Assembly: GCA_036172245.1 (NCBI GenBank)
Contig: JAYWIR010000008.1
Coordinates: 186,001 to 250,000, forward strand
Origin: Raillietiella orientalis
Taxonomy: Eukaryota
Length of the DNA stretch: 64,000 nucleotides
Reading direction: 5' to 3'
Shown here: positions 12,648-23,879 of the stretch, piece after piece
How positions within the stretch are numbered: the stretch's first letter is position 1
How the letters are laid out: each line of letters begins with the position of its first letter
Notes under the pieces: model-generated
Told to the model about the DNA's origin: nothing
Seen by the model: the letters and a program-made list of their open reading frames with translations, nothing else
The model's database searches: none
Program-made: the position numbers and the translations under genes

Positions 12648-14388
12648 TTGTCACCCGGATATGCCGGGGCACTTATTATTAAAAAAATTTTTTACAAAAA
12701 TTCCATAATAAAGTCGTCATAAACGTTTGTTACGTGGTAGAATACTTGGTTCTACCACGCCCTGGAGACTTGACATAAACCGTTACGCAGACCGGTGAGG
12801 TCCTCTCCAGCGGAGAAGAGGAAGGGAAAAAACAAAACAAAAATAAACAAAAAGAATTGAAAAGGAAGGGAAAATGCTTTTTCGGGAAAAGGGGGGGGAG
12901 CAGGGAATGGATCACTGTTCTCCTGGATTGGTCCTCTGCATCCTGTTCAGAATGCTGACAAGTGCTGCTCTGTCATTATTCCGGTAGGACCAGATTGACG
13001 CGGTCTCCAGAAAGATCGTCATCCAGTGGATGGCGTCCTTGCTATTTTGCCTTATTTTGGCGTTCCACTTTGCCATGATTCCGAGAACATACCAGAGGAC
13101 TGCTAGAGAGACAGCGGGGGGTGGGGCATCACTCATGAAGAGGCGCCGGAAAATGCCTTTAGAGTCGCCTACTGGAATATTCGGGATCAACGAGAGCCGA
13201 TCGCAAAGTTAACGAAGGGCGACGCAGTCTATTAGGAGATGTGGGAAGGTTTCTCTTTCGCCGCACTCTGCACAGCGGGCATCCACACTCGCTAGTGTCC
13301 AGTGCGAGAGGCGTGCTCTGCATAGGATGCATGAATGCAGGAATAGCAATGACGTCTCTTGCCACTTCATGGGAAGGGTGCCACTGTTCCAATATTCTGG
13401 GAGCCACTTCACCTCCTCCGGCTGTATTCCGAGCAGCTCGCCCCAGATCATGAGTTCTTTAGACGCGACACTCGGGGTCGCAGCGTCCACTAGCTGCCGC
13501 GTTGTCCACGCCCTCGTTACTTTTTTCCTGCCTCCAATGAAACGGGACACTTCCCACGATGCTCGTTCGTTTCTGTCTCTAGCATTCCTGAGGTAGGACA
13601 GCACGGGAGCAAGGGGGATGAAGGAGGACCACAGCAATTTGAGTGGGTTGTTTACCATCCCTCGCAGGGGTTGTCGAGTGTAAGCGCCTCGTCGGAGGCA
13701 GGCAAATTCCACCTTGCTCGAGCCGCCGATTTTTCCCCATGCGGAAACTGACTCCTGAAGCCAGGAAGTGCAGTTCGCGGGGAGGCAGGAGATCCACGTA
13801 TTCTCCTTCACCAGGGCAACCATCTGGCGCAGCTGATGGCCACAATGCCTCAGGCTGCGTTCGTACGCCACGAGGATCGAAGACAATCCTGCGCAGCCGA
13901 TCGCTCTGCTGGCGAGGGGGCGTGCAGGTTCGCACCAGGGCGTTGTCCAGAACTTCGCCGCAAGGGCGAGTCTTTGAAATTGGAGCTGACGCTCCACGCG
14001 CTCTATCGAAAGGAGGCCCAATCCACCGTCCCTGAGTGGAGTCTTTCAATAGAACACGGGATCTCCCTGTGCTCCAAAGGGCTTTTCTCAAGAGACCTCG
14101 GTCCGTTTTTTGATGATGGGTGAAGCGGGGCAAACAAAAAGTAGGGGGCGAAGGAAGGGGACCGCGAACGCATTCCACACTGTGGCCCGTTCCTGCAAGT
14201 GAAACTTGCCGTTCCGGAACGGGCCGATCTCCATCTCCACCTTTTGGAGACGGTCAGACCAGACTTCTGCTCGCAGAAGTCCCCCAACGGAACGCCACTG
14301 TACTTGATGTACCTGCCCTGGGGAACCCCAAGCGGATCCAGTCCGGCCGTCCGGCCCACGCCGCCCCAATTGGAACTACTGACGAACT
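12648..14388 (-). mobile_element. 5'-truncated L1/Tx1-like LINE (RT thumb + zf-RVT + 3' UTR), decayed
   Basis: YIKYSGVPLG (KYLG-like), WSDRLQKV...ERATVWN and CAECGERETFPHLLIDCVAL (zf-RVT), split by frameshifts; hairpin-bearing 3' end. Confidence 0.85.
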
Positions 14389-14503
14389 ACCCACGGCGTA
14401 ACCTCCCATTCTCGGCGTCCATCCTTCCCCGGGAGGGGTTCGAACCCGCGACGCTTGGCACAACGCACAGAAACCTCAGCCACGAGGCCGTTAACGCGGG
14501 GTC
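14389..14503 (-). mobile_element. SINE tRNA head, separated from its body (12060-12647) by a LINE insertion
   Basis: GTCGCGGGTTCGAACCC...GGGGAAGGATGGACGCC matches the heads of intact copies. Confidence 0.8.
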
Positions 14504-17500
14504 GTAGTAGTGGTAGTGGTGAAAAGCGACCGTGGTAGCTGGAAGGGCTCCCAAGACAGCAAGAAATGAAACAGATCCTTCGAGCCCTTGTTGCGTCCCC
14601 AAAGTTACCCTTGCTTCCCCTTCTTCCTCCGAACCCGGCGTCTCAAGCACCATTCGGGAGGAATCCAAAGCCCTCCACAGGCGGTCCGTCGCTCCTTGGT
14701 TCGGAAGAATGTCGGATTTTCCTTCCAGGGCTGCCAGGACCCAACTGACCTTCTCCCCCACCCCACCCCACTCTACCCCAATCAGTCGATCAGTTCTCCT
14801 CAGCTCGACCTGCTAAAGCCTCCGTGCCTGACCCCCCCCCTCCCCACCAGAACAGGCAGGGTCGAGAAACATTTTTGAATTGGAGAGCAGGACACCGCTG
14901 TGTTGACAACTGCCTGTGTCTCTTTGGTGCCGTTGATGGAGGAAATAGCTGCACGTTCAAGGCTGAGGGTTCGCGCAAGAAGGGACTGAACTGTTCAAAA
15001 AGCCAAAAGTACGATTTCTGTTTCTCTATTAATGATAATAATAATAATAACGATTGCAACAGAAACGGTGCTTAGTGATAACTGAGGCTACAGCAGCAGC
15101 GGTAGCCGTTGCTGCCTCGGCAGTTGCGAGAAGTCTGTTCGACGATCACATGGGTGCAAGAGACGGCAGCAACCACGTCGGCAACCGCGCCACTGGACGC
15201 CGATCGATCTCCGAAGACTCGAAATGTGTCCCTTTTTTCTTCTTTCCTTGTTTTGGAATTTGCGAAGGCAGTTCTATCATCGGCAGTTCCATCTTCTTTG
15301 CTCCTTCCTCCCTGGCTCCTCATCCTTTCTAATTCCCAGACTGGGACGCTCGGCACCTGTTGGCAGCGTACCTGATGTGTTTGTCAATCGCCTGGCTTCG
15401 TCTTGTAACGTGACCGATCGATGGTTGATGAAGGCGCCGTGCTGTCGTTTTCTTGTAAACTCAGCAGGCGCAGCCATTGGTCTAGCTGCGCCTGTTTGAA
15501 CTCAGGAGCTTCGCAGCCGTCTTTACAGGTGGTAGCAGCCGATCTTCGAGTTGCATCGGTTCGTTTGCAAGCAGAGGCTGCGGTCAGCCGGGAAGCTGTC
15601 GTCCAAACGAAATCCCATTCCCTGCTGACTCTTCTTATCCCGATTGACTGCTAGGATGGCGGTACTCGGGACGCGTGTCTCTGAAACGTGCCAAAACGCG
15701 ACGCATCCGCCGTAACTTCGCAGCAAGTGCATCCCCGGCTGCCATGTGCACACGCTGGCAGAAGATGTTCCATCCCAGCCCAATTGCTTTCCTGCACCGG
15801 CAACGAGCGCTCGCGACTGCCATGCTTCGTCGGTTCCCCAGTTGACTCATGTTGATATCGAAAGGGTAGATGGTGATGACCCCTTGCCTTCTGCAGAGGC
15901 ATGTGACCATCTCGGCGCCGCGGTTGCGTCATGCATGCAGCGTCAAGGTTCCCAACGCGAACGCCGCTGGTGTTTCAGTGCTGCCCAGCAACGCGAAAAT
16001 CCCCACCAGTTTTGAGACGACGGTCGTCGTTGACAGGGAGGTGCTCTCGTCTGCGCCCCACTTGGCACTCCGATCCACTGTGGATGACTCGACCATTTCC
16101 CGACGGACGGGTAATGGAGCCACGGCTCTTGGAAGACAGCTCAGAGTGGTTGGAGGGATGCCACTGAGGACTCTGTTTTGCTAAGAGTAGCGCACATGCA
16201 AGAACGGTGCCGGTGGCTCCTTCTACGAGTGGTCAGAATTTTGAGCATCAAATAGGAAAAACATTGGGATCAGTCGTTTATTGTATTGCTTTAGTTTAAA
16301 AGCAGGCTATGTGCTGCCTTCTATTTTAGCTCGAGACGCCTCCATCAAATACCTAAAATATACGTACGTAATGGATTCGAAACTGGAGAAATCGAATAAA
16401 AGAACCAAGGGATTTCTTAAGCGTCAGCTCCCACTGTCATGGCAACCTATATAGGCATTCATGTGTTACAGTTGGTATATACATATATATATATTTTTTC
16501 AGGAGATTATTCTACATCGCTTGGCAAACGGAATCACGTCAATTGTACGGTACTTGTGAAAAGTAGGTTATGTGAAATAATATGCTCGAACAAAATGCTC
16601 CCCGTCTCCTGGACGTGATGGAAACAAATTACGATTTAATTTCATTTCCTCGGAGCTTCGACCTCGCATCTTTCTTGATTACCCTGAAATTTCCAGCAGT
16701 ATCTTTAGAAATCGGAAGAAAACGATGAATATCGAACTGCAGAAATCCCGACAGAAGAGTGGAGGGGAAGAGGGGAGGATGAATCGCAGCTGGCATCCAT
16801 CATCTACACCTCTGTCTATTAAATGAAACGGATGGCGGCCATTTCAAATAAGCCGAGGCTTCTACGATGAAGCAAATGGAAGCGAGGAGGAGTCATCCGT
16901 TTCGTGAGTTCCTGTATCCGGAAATAGCGGAAATTTGAGGACAGAAAGCTGGAATGATTTTCCCGAATCCTTCCAGCACTAGATGTGGATCGGTGGTTGA
17001 CAACAACTCGATCCTGAGCCGCTGGCCGTGTCATCGCTTACCGGAAGGTGCAAGGCAGAAACTCTTTTCGGACGGAAGTCGTTTGGAACCAAGGACAGCT
17101 CTTTCACTCCAAAGTAGGCCCGAGCGATGTCCTTTCCCTGCTGGAAAACGCATCCGTCTACACAGTTAGTGCACATGCTCTGTTTTGTTTTTCATTTTTC
17201 TTCTTCTTCTGTATGTACGCTTATTTTGAGCGCTGCTTTCCCTTGCTGAGCATCGAAAAGCGTGGGAGATCAAAATACCTGACCAGAATGTTTTTGTCAA
17301 CGCTCATGACCAGGATTCTTCCGAAGATGATCTCACCTCCTCGAGCGTCTTAGGCAACCTCCGCTGCCCGGAAAAGCAGCACATCGGCTAAGAAAAATAT
17401 CTCAGTTGCGATAAGGTGAAACTTTCGATCTCTGATTTCGATCTTCCATTGCTGGGTGGCAGTTTTTCTTTTTTTTTCTTCCTCGTGTGAGAGAATCACA

Positions 17501-17959
17501 GTTGTAGAGAGTGACAGAGGGGTCTGAATACAACTAAAAGAAATATGAATATCTGCTTGCTCTATAACACTGCTGCAAGTAAGAGGGGAAGAATCCAATG
17601 AGAATTTCTGATGAGGCTGCAGCTTTGAAACGGGTATCTGCAATCGAAGAGTGGCCTTGTAATTTGACGAGGGATGAGTTAGCTCGAACAAATATGCATT
17701 TTCATCACGGGATGATCACCCTCCGTGTCCGTTGATCATCAGCCTTCGCACATTGGTGATTCTGAAGCTGCACTTGTTTGTTACTGATGATCTACAAGTC
17801 GGCAGCAAGAAGGAAGGAAGAAGATCGTTCAGCAGCTACAAAGGAAATTTAGCATGGAATTGTGCATCCCAATCTCTTGGAGGCACTGTCCTTAAGCGGA
17901 GCGTCACCACTTTCAGTTCTCACAGAGCTGTGTGTTTTCCTGAAGCAGGTCAAAACTCG

Positions 17960-18166
17960 AAATGATGAATAGAACTAATCCCTACCACACTAGCAATCAT
18001 GCTAATCATTTCCTCCTCAATCTCCCTTCTCATCTACCTCACCAGTAGACTCCCATCATTCACTACCCTTCCAATAAATAAACCACAAACTCCCTCTATA
18101 CCATCTTTCCTTCCAATTTCCATCTCCTCTCTCTTCATGCTTTTATCCTTCTCTCTCCTACCTTAA
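17960..18166 (+). pseudogene. nad2: Mitochondrial NADH dehydrogenase subunit 2, 3' fragment (NUMT)
   Basis: In the invertebrate mitochondrial code it reads KWWMELIPTTLAIMLIISSSISLLIYLTSSLPSF...SLFMLLSFSLLP* without a frameshift. The KW motif and hydrophobic SL..YL helix fit the nad2 C-terminus. The in-frame AGA would be a stop in vertebrates. Confidence 0.75.
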
Positions 18167-18191
18167 CCACCTACCCACCAATCAATCCCAT

Positions 18192-18256
18192 TTACAATTT
18201 CCATTAAACACATCCCCTAAACTCAAATTTTAGTGTGCAACCTACACTACCTTGTA
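18192..18256 (-). tRNA. trnQ: Mitochondrial tRNA-Gln(UUG) copy within NUMT
   Basis: Acceptor TACAA/TTGTA, D stem GTGT/GCAC, anticodon stem CTAAA/TTTAG with loop AT-TTG-AG, and a GTTTAAT T-loop-like motif (T stem poorly paired). Confidence 0.8.
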
Positions 18257-18273
18257 CCCACTATAACAAAATC

Positions 18274-18318
18274 AATTCTTACATAGCATAGAACTTGCAA
18301 TTCTACAGCCTCAAGAAC
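18274..18318 (-). tRNA. trnC: Mitochondrial tRNA-Cys(GCA) copy within NUMT, apparently lacking both D and T arms
   Basis: Acceptor GTTCTTG/TAAGAAT (5 WC + 2 GU pairs), anticodon stem TAGAA/TTCTA, loop TT-GCA-AG. Connectors are only 6 and 7 nt; 45 nt in total. Confidence 0.75.
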
Positions 18319-18340
18319 ACCGCCCAATCATCAGACTTAA

Positions 18341-18384
18341 TAGTAAAAGATTTCATCATTAATAAATTTACAATTTACCGCTTT
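18341..18384 (-). tRNA. trnY: Mitochondrial tRNA-Tyr(GUA), 5'-truncated at NUMT edge
   Basis: Anticodon arm GTAAA-TTGTAAA-TTTAT, short T arm GAT/ATC and 3' acceptor strand TTTTACT. The 5' acceptor strand is missing. Confidence 0.7.
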
Positions 18385-20081
18385 CCTCTCTGCTTCCTGG
18401 TTTCTGCAGTTGCCTGAGGTTTGCCTCTACCAGGAAGCACTCGTGGAAAACTTTCAGGTGTCCCGACGCAAAATGGAAACCACAGCTTTTTCGCCCGAAG
18501 GAGATACGTCCAATTTCAATGAAATCCAGCATTAGAAAGAGCTCCTCTTCCGTAAAGAGATGCAGCAGCAGGCTGCAGTAGAACGCGGGGAATACGTTCC
18601 GCGTTATACGAACCCCATGGGTTGCACGTGGATACTGTGCCACTATTGACAAGAGATGCAAGATGTATCTGGAAACGTCATAACGGCAGAAGATATGATA
18701 TTCCACTCTGAAACAAGAGAGGGAGAGATTTAAGCTCGGGCTTGCTTGTTCTTTCATTTTAAGTGAGAAGGAAAAAGCTTTTCGAGTTGGGTTGATATTT
18801 TTGATCGATCCCAATAATAAAAATAGCTCTTATCTCGTTCTCGCTGTCGAAAACTTATCTTTCTGTCCACGGAAATTTGAATGGAATAGAATTCGGCCCA
18901 CTGGGACCACGGGTTCGCAACAGCTGAACTGACCCTGTTCCACGGAATGGGGGGAGGGGGGGAATTCGTCCGCAGAGTCGAACGCCTGACTTGGCGTGTT
19001 ATACGAGGGCTGTCGCCATTTTTTCGTCTTGTACGAGCCCGCGTTACCATTCGGTATTCAAATGAAGGGAATCCATCCACACTGAACATCCATGCTGATC
19101 TCATCTTGGTGTGGCGACTATTGCAAAGTTTTTTAATCATCACAAATCATGCATAAAGAGAGAGAAGAACTCTCTAAACGTTAGCGCATATGGTTTTTGT
19201 AGCAGAAGAACAAGTTTGGAGGGGAGGGGGGGACTGGTAACCGCAAAGTTCTTTCACAGGTGTGGATTTTTCCTAACTCCGAAGACGAACAGCTTTCTCT
19301 GGTTGACCACCGGCAAAGGGTGACCGAGGAAAGCAAGATCTTAGCCATCAAGGAACGGCTTCCACTTGAATCTCATCCCTTCTAACTGAAAGCATCGCTC
19401 ATGAGATTGTACGAATAGAATCCCATCCTGTTTTTAGAGTGGAATTTTTGCAGAAGTTCAAAAAGACTGCCACGTTTTTGTTCTGAAGAACATTTAGGAA
19501 GTGGTGGAAAAGGAACATTCGAAAAGGAAGCAGCGGAATCATAAGGAGATCTAAAACCACGCCATCAGTCTCGATGCAAAACCGCCTCCCTGAGATTTCA
19601 CTACTCGGCTCTGGAATTGGTTAAGGAATGCAGGGGTGCACATCTTGAACTCAGGGGAACCCACCTCAGGCAGAATTCCACGTTGGGACGGGTTTTGGGA
19701 CAGTCCACTTCAACATCTTCGTCCGACGGGCTGTTGCAGAAAAGCGAAAGGGAGGCAAAGAGTTGGAGCCACGCCCGCGTGCGGAAAACACGAAACTCGG
19801 GCATCGTCCACACAAACCCGAGTTCTGAAAGGAAGAACGGGAAAAGAAATAGGCAATCACCTTGAAAAAATTCAAAAATCACAAACGATCGTTTATCCAA
19901 AGTCTTTTCTTCTTCTTCTTCTACAGCTGTTCAGAAAGAAGGAAAAGAACTACAAGTCAAAAACAACTTCCGCCAGCACGCTGATTTATTGCTTTGTGTT
20001 TACATGAGGTCAGATGAAGAATGCCTTGCCATGATCATTGATACAAGAATCTCCGGAACCACATGGAAGGGAAAAGAAATC

Positions 20082-20690
20082 CAGTGCACGCTCGATATAG
20101 TCACCTTTGATAAAGGAAACTTTTGACGTCAACAACCCTTGGTACAGTCAGCATCCAGAGTTTTTCTGCCATTCATTGATAAAGGAAACTTTTTTCAACC
20201 GCTTTAAAAGTGGGGAAAAGTAAGAGAAATTCACCAACTATCCAGCGAAAGTTGGATGTTTCACGTGAAATGGAAAAGGGGACGGAGCTCAAAGTGCCGT
20301 GCTTGAGATGTAACGCGGATCAGTCAGCAATTTCGAAAATCGTGAAAGACAAAGAGAACTCTGAGGCCTATGGTCGCCCCATGCTGTGATGTTCTGAAAC
20401 ACCTGAAAATGGGATGGTGATCTCGAAATTCGGAGCGAGCTTTACATCCGTGGTTTTTACAACAGCGAGACTTGGAAAACATCATCATCACAAAGGGGAC
20501 CTTAATATGAAAGGCCAAGGAAATTTATGTCCTGTCGGGGTGTGATGGGGAATCTCTGGCAAGTGGTGGGTGGCTGAGCAACTTCAAGAAAAGATGTGTT
20601 AACCACGCATACGGGGAGAAGCTTTCGTGCGACGCCTCACAGGTTCCACGTTTCTTGGAAAAATTTAAAGAGAGAGTTCATGAAAAAAAA
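20082..20690 (+). mobile_element. pogo/Tigger (Jerky-like) transposon 5' remnant with disrupted transposase N-terminus
   Basis: TIR-like CAGTGCACGCTCGATATAG at 20082 and a duplicated TGATAAAGGAAACTTTT. Then HTH_psq-like KRNSPTIQRKLDV...EKG...SAISKIVKDK and CENP-B HTH ALHPWFLQQR...ASGGWLSNFKKR...GEKLSCD, with stops and a frameshift. Confidence 0.88.
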
Positions 20691-23600
20691 AAAATAAAAA
20701 ATATCCAATGGAGCAAGTCTCTATAATGGAAAGGATTACCAAATAAAACCATATTTGGTATTGACAAAGTTATTGACCCATTCGACTTGGCTACTCTGCC
20801 TTCCTGTTCATAATCTTCTTCTCCTTCATGATGTGAAAGAGGAGGATACAACCGACATGATGTTGCTGAGTGGGCGAGGCATGCAAAGCTAATAAGGTCA
20901 GCAAAAGCGGAAGTGAGTCAGCTGAAGGAGGAAAGGTCAGGCCAGAATCTCCTCCATGCGAACCAAAGAGGAGAGGTACGCCAGGCTGTTCTCCTGAGAA
21001 ACATACGGGAAAAAAGCAATCATGAAGAGGTTTGAATAAAATTTCACATCGTGTCATCATCATTTACCATACAGTATCATTATTTTTACTTCTGTAATGT
21101 TACTAAATTTGTTCATTTGCAACTATTCAACAATTTGGTTTCTTTCGTTTAATTATTCAAAATTATTATATAATTATCGCAGGAAGCCACTTTTAAAATC
21201 CCGTAAGATTACTATGAACGTGGTCCACAGGGTGGCGGATTTTTCCGCGTCAGTTCCGACTTGTATTTCATCACTTTCCATCTTCAGCAGCAAAAGAACA
21301 ATGAATCTTTTCCCATCTGTGCGGATCAGTGAAAGTCGTGATCGACACTTCTCAAGAGTGGTACATTGGAACTTTGCACCGATCACTCGTACCCTCCAGA
21401 CGCAAGAAATCCATCCATCCCGCTCGTTCCGCCTGTTCATGAATCATTTGCAAGTCTACATCCAAGTGCATCTCCTAAATAGCATTCACTGTAACACATG
21501 AAAACATTTTTTCTTCTCTTTTTTTCTCGAATGCGATGAAGCTCAGAATCAATCAGAATTACCAAAACTCCCTCCTTATCAATAAGTTTAGAAAGTATAA
21601 GAATGAACTGGATCATGAATGACCTCTTGGGAGGCAATCCAGAGGTAGCGGACGTGAAAATGAAAAAAAGAAAAGAAAAGAAAAGATTCCAGACCTCTAG
21701 AACTCTATTGGCAAGAACTGTAGAAGCAACATTCATTGCTGAACAGACCGAGCAGCAGGGATGTGTTGAGGAGCTACTTGGTAAGAAGTAAGCTGTGATG
21801 AACGGCAGATGCCATCCAAATAATTCGCTGGTTGATTCACTAATTTGCGAAAGCTAATTTACATGACCGAGGTAAGATCCCAGTACTCCATCCTCCTGAT
21901 CAAGCAAAGATTCGCAGTCATCCATAAATTTTTGCGTCCTCAACAAGGAAGAACACCATTTCAGGACGAGGAAGCACTCGAAGAAAGAGGAAGTGGGTGC
22001 GTTCCTACATCGCTCACATGATTCTAAGGAAGAAGAGGGCAGCTGGAATGTAAAAAATGCTGATTATTCCAGGAAACGGAGCAAAAGTGCTTTAAAAAAG
22101 GGATTGTGGGGATCGTTCTCTTGGAAGTGCTTTCGCAGCACGCAAATGGGAACGTAGGCACGTGACTGAACGGTGACTGCGCGTTCGACAGTAAAATCCT
22201 AATAATCTGGATGACCTAGTTGAGTCAACTGGTCATCCAGATGATTGCTGTCAGTTTGGTAACTGAGCGAAATTTCCGAAGGGACAATCACCGGAATGGA
22301 TGTGATGTCGAGTGAGAAGTGCGTATATGCGTGCGCAAGACAAAAGAGATGCATCTTCAAAACGATCGAGCTTCATGTGATGCGTGTTCGTGTGACGTCC
22401 AATAGCATGCCTCTTCCGGGAACGGACTCTTTCAGCACCTCAGCAGCAGACCTGGCCATCGAGGCTTTCCGCTTCGCTCGCACCATCGCTGGCACCCCGG
22501 GCAAGTTGCGAAACCAACGGGCGTGGCTGCAAGTAAGTAGGAAGAGACGCTGCGGTACAGGAAGTCGTGCTGTAGGAAAGTCATTTAGCAGGAAGCGCAC
22601 ATTTTCAAGAAAACGAAAAAACAGTGACGAAGGAGTCTCATTCATTACTGTTTTCTGGTAAAAGGTCAGCATGGCCATTAGAGCTACCGCGGTCATCAGA
22701 AGAACTCGACAAAACACCCAGCCAAGCAGAACATCTTGATTTTAAAGTAATTTCGAAATTCGCTCTGGTCAGCATGCCGCGCAAAGTCAGCATTTCCAAT
22801 GAGGTTTCGAAAAGTGGTCCTTCAAGGTCGCTTCCTGGGATTCCGTTCCACTGCCTCTTCAGCCTGCAGAACATGGGATCCGAAGAAAAATCACACGCGC
22901 ACGTAGCGGATAAGACGAGGTTGCATGCATTCACGATGCAGTTCCGTGCTTATTCCTATCCGAAGACAGTGGTCCTCTTGATAAAATCTCTCCCAGGAGA
23001 GCAGCCTTTCTTCCGAGTGGTGTCGACGGCGTTAAACTCGGAGGTCAAATCATCGGGAGTGCTGGCATATACATCAGAAAGTCAACGCGCGATGCCTTGG
23101 AGGGCGGGAGGGATCTCCACAACGACGCTCTCACCCTTGCGCAACGAACTTACAAGCAGGGAGGGTCGCACGGGGCTCACTCGATGCCGGCGACTCGGCG
23201 GTGGGAGAAAGGCGAGAACTTCCGACGAAGAGCGTCTCACTCGGCTGGTCAGAAACGCTGGTTTCTTGCATCCGCTCCCCGAGGCGTCGAGACGACTTTC
23301 CTGGCTAGTGTCGCACGACTTTCCGACCGCCGCCTGCATCCCTCCGCATCAGGGCACCGCGGGGTCCATCTCGAAGGGCTCCGAGTTCGGCAAAACCTCC
23401 GACGGACGAAGACCTGAGAGATTCCGGAGCGCAGCAGGCCGCCTAAACGGTGAGCGGGTCCAGCCGCGGTGTCAACGGCATCTGGACGCCGGGAAGGCAG
23501 GAAGGAGGGGTCGAGGCGATGTGAGGTGGAGCACCTGAAATCCCGCTCGTGGCCTCAGCGCCTAACGTGTGCTTAAGAAAGAAAATAGCGAGTGATTCGC

Positions 23601-23879
23601 GGCGCAAGGCAGCGTCAACATTCCTTGTTACAGGACACCTGGGTCAAGGGAACGCAGCTGCGCAGCACTGAGCTTCGTAGCGTTACCTGTCCAGCCAAGG
23701 ACACCTTCTACACGCGGAAAGAGGATAAACAATTTGCAGATGCATCCAGGGGGCGCGGTTCAGTCTTCTTTCGCCTGAGCAGGTATCGCTTACCAGGCAC
23801 CGCGCCCATCGCCCGTGCAGAAGATGCGGAAGGTGGGAGAAATCACCAAGCCACATCCTCAACAGCTTCATCGGCTGCC

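Larger units (their letters stand above)
17960..18384. other. NUMT (nuclear insertion of mitochondrial DNA)
   Basis: Abrupt block almost devoid of G on the + strand (C/A/T-rich), containing a nad2-like frame followed by three mitochondrial-type tRNA folds. Confidence 0.9.

Noticed and set aside
15950..16015. RRWCFS resembling CRESS-DNA virus Rep motif I
   Set aside because: A stop follows within 12 codons and no motif II/III or Walker A is seen; the minus strand looks more like LINE ORF1 debris.
17944..17958. AGCAGGTCAAAACTC (and AGGTCGGAAACGG near 35985) resembling 7SL RNA helix 8 segments
   Set aside because: Similarity does not extend beyond 13-15 nt and the flanks cannot form the SRP fold.
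18275..18318. Reading the trnC fold as plus-strand tRNA-Ala(UGC)
   Set aside because: The plus strand gives A.C mismatches where the minus strand gives G.U pairs, and the position next to trnY favours trnC.
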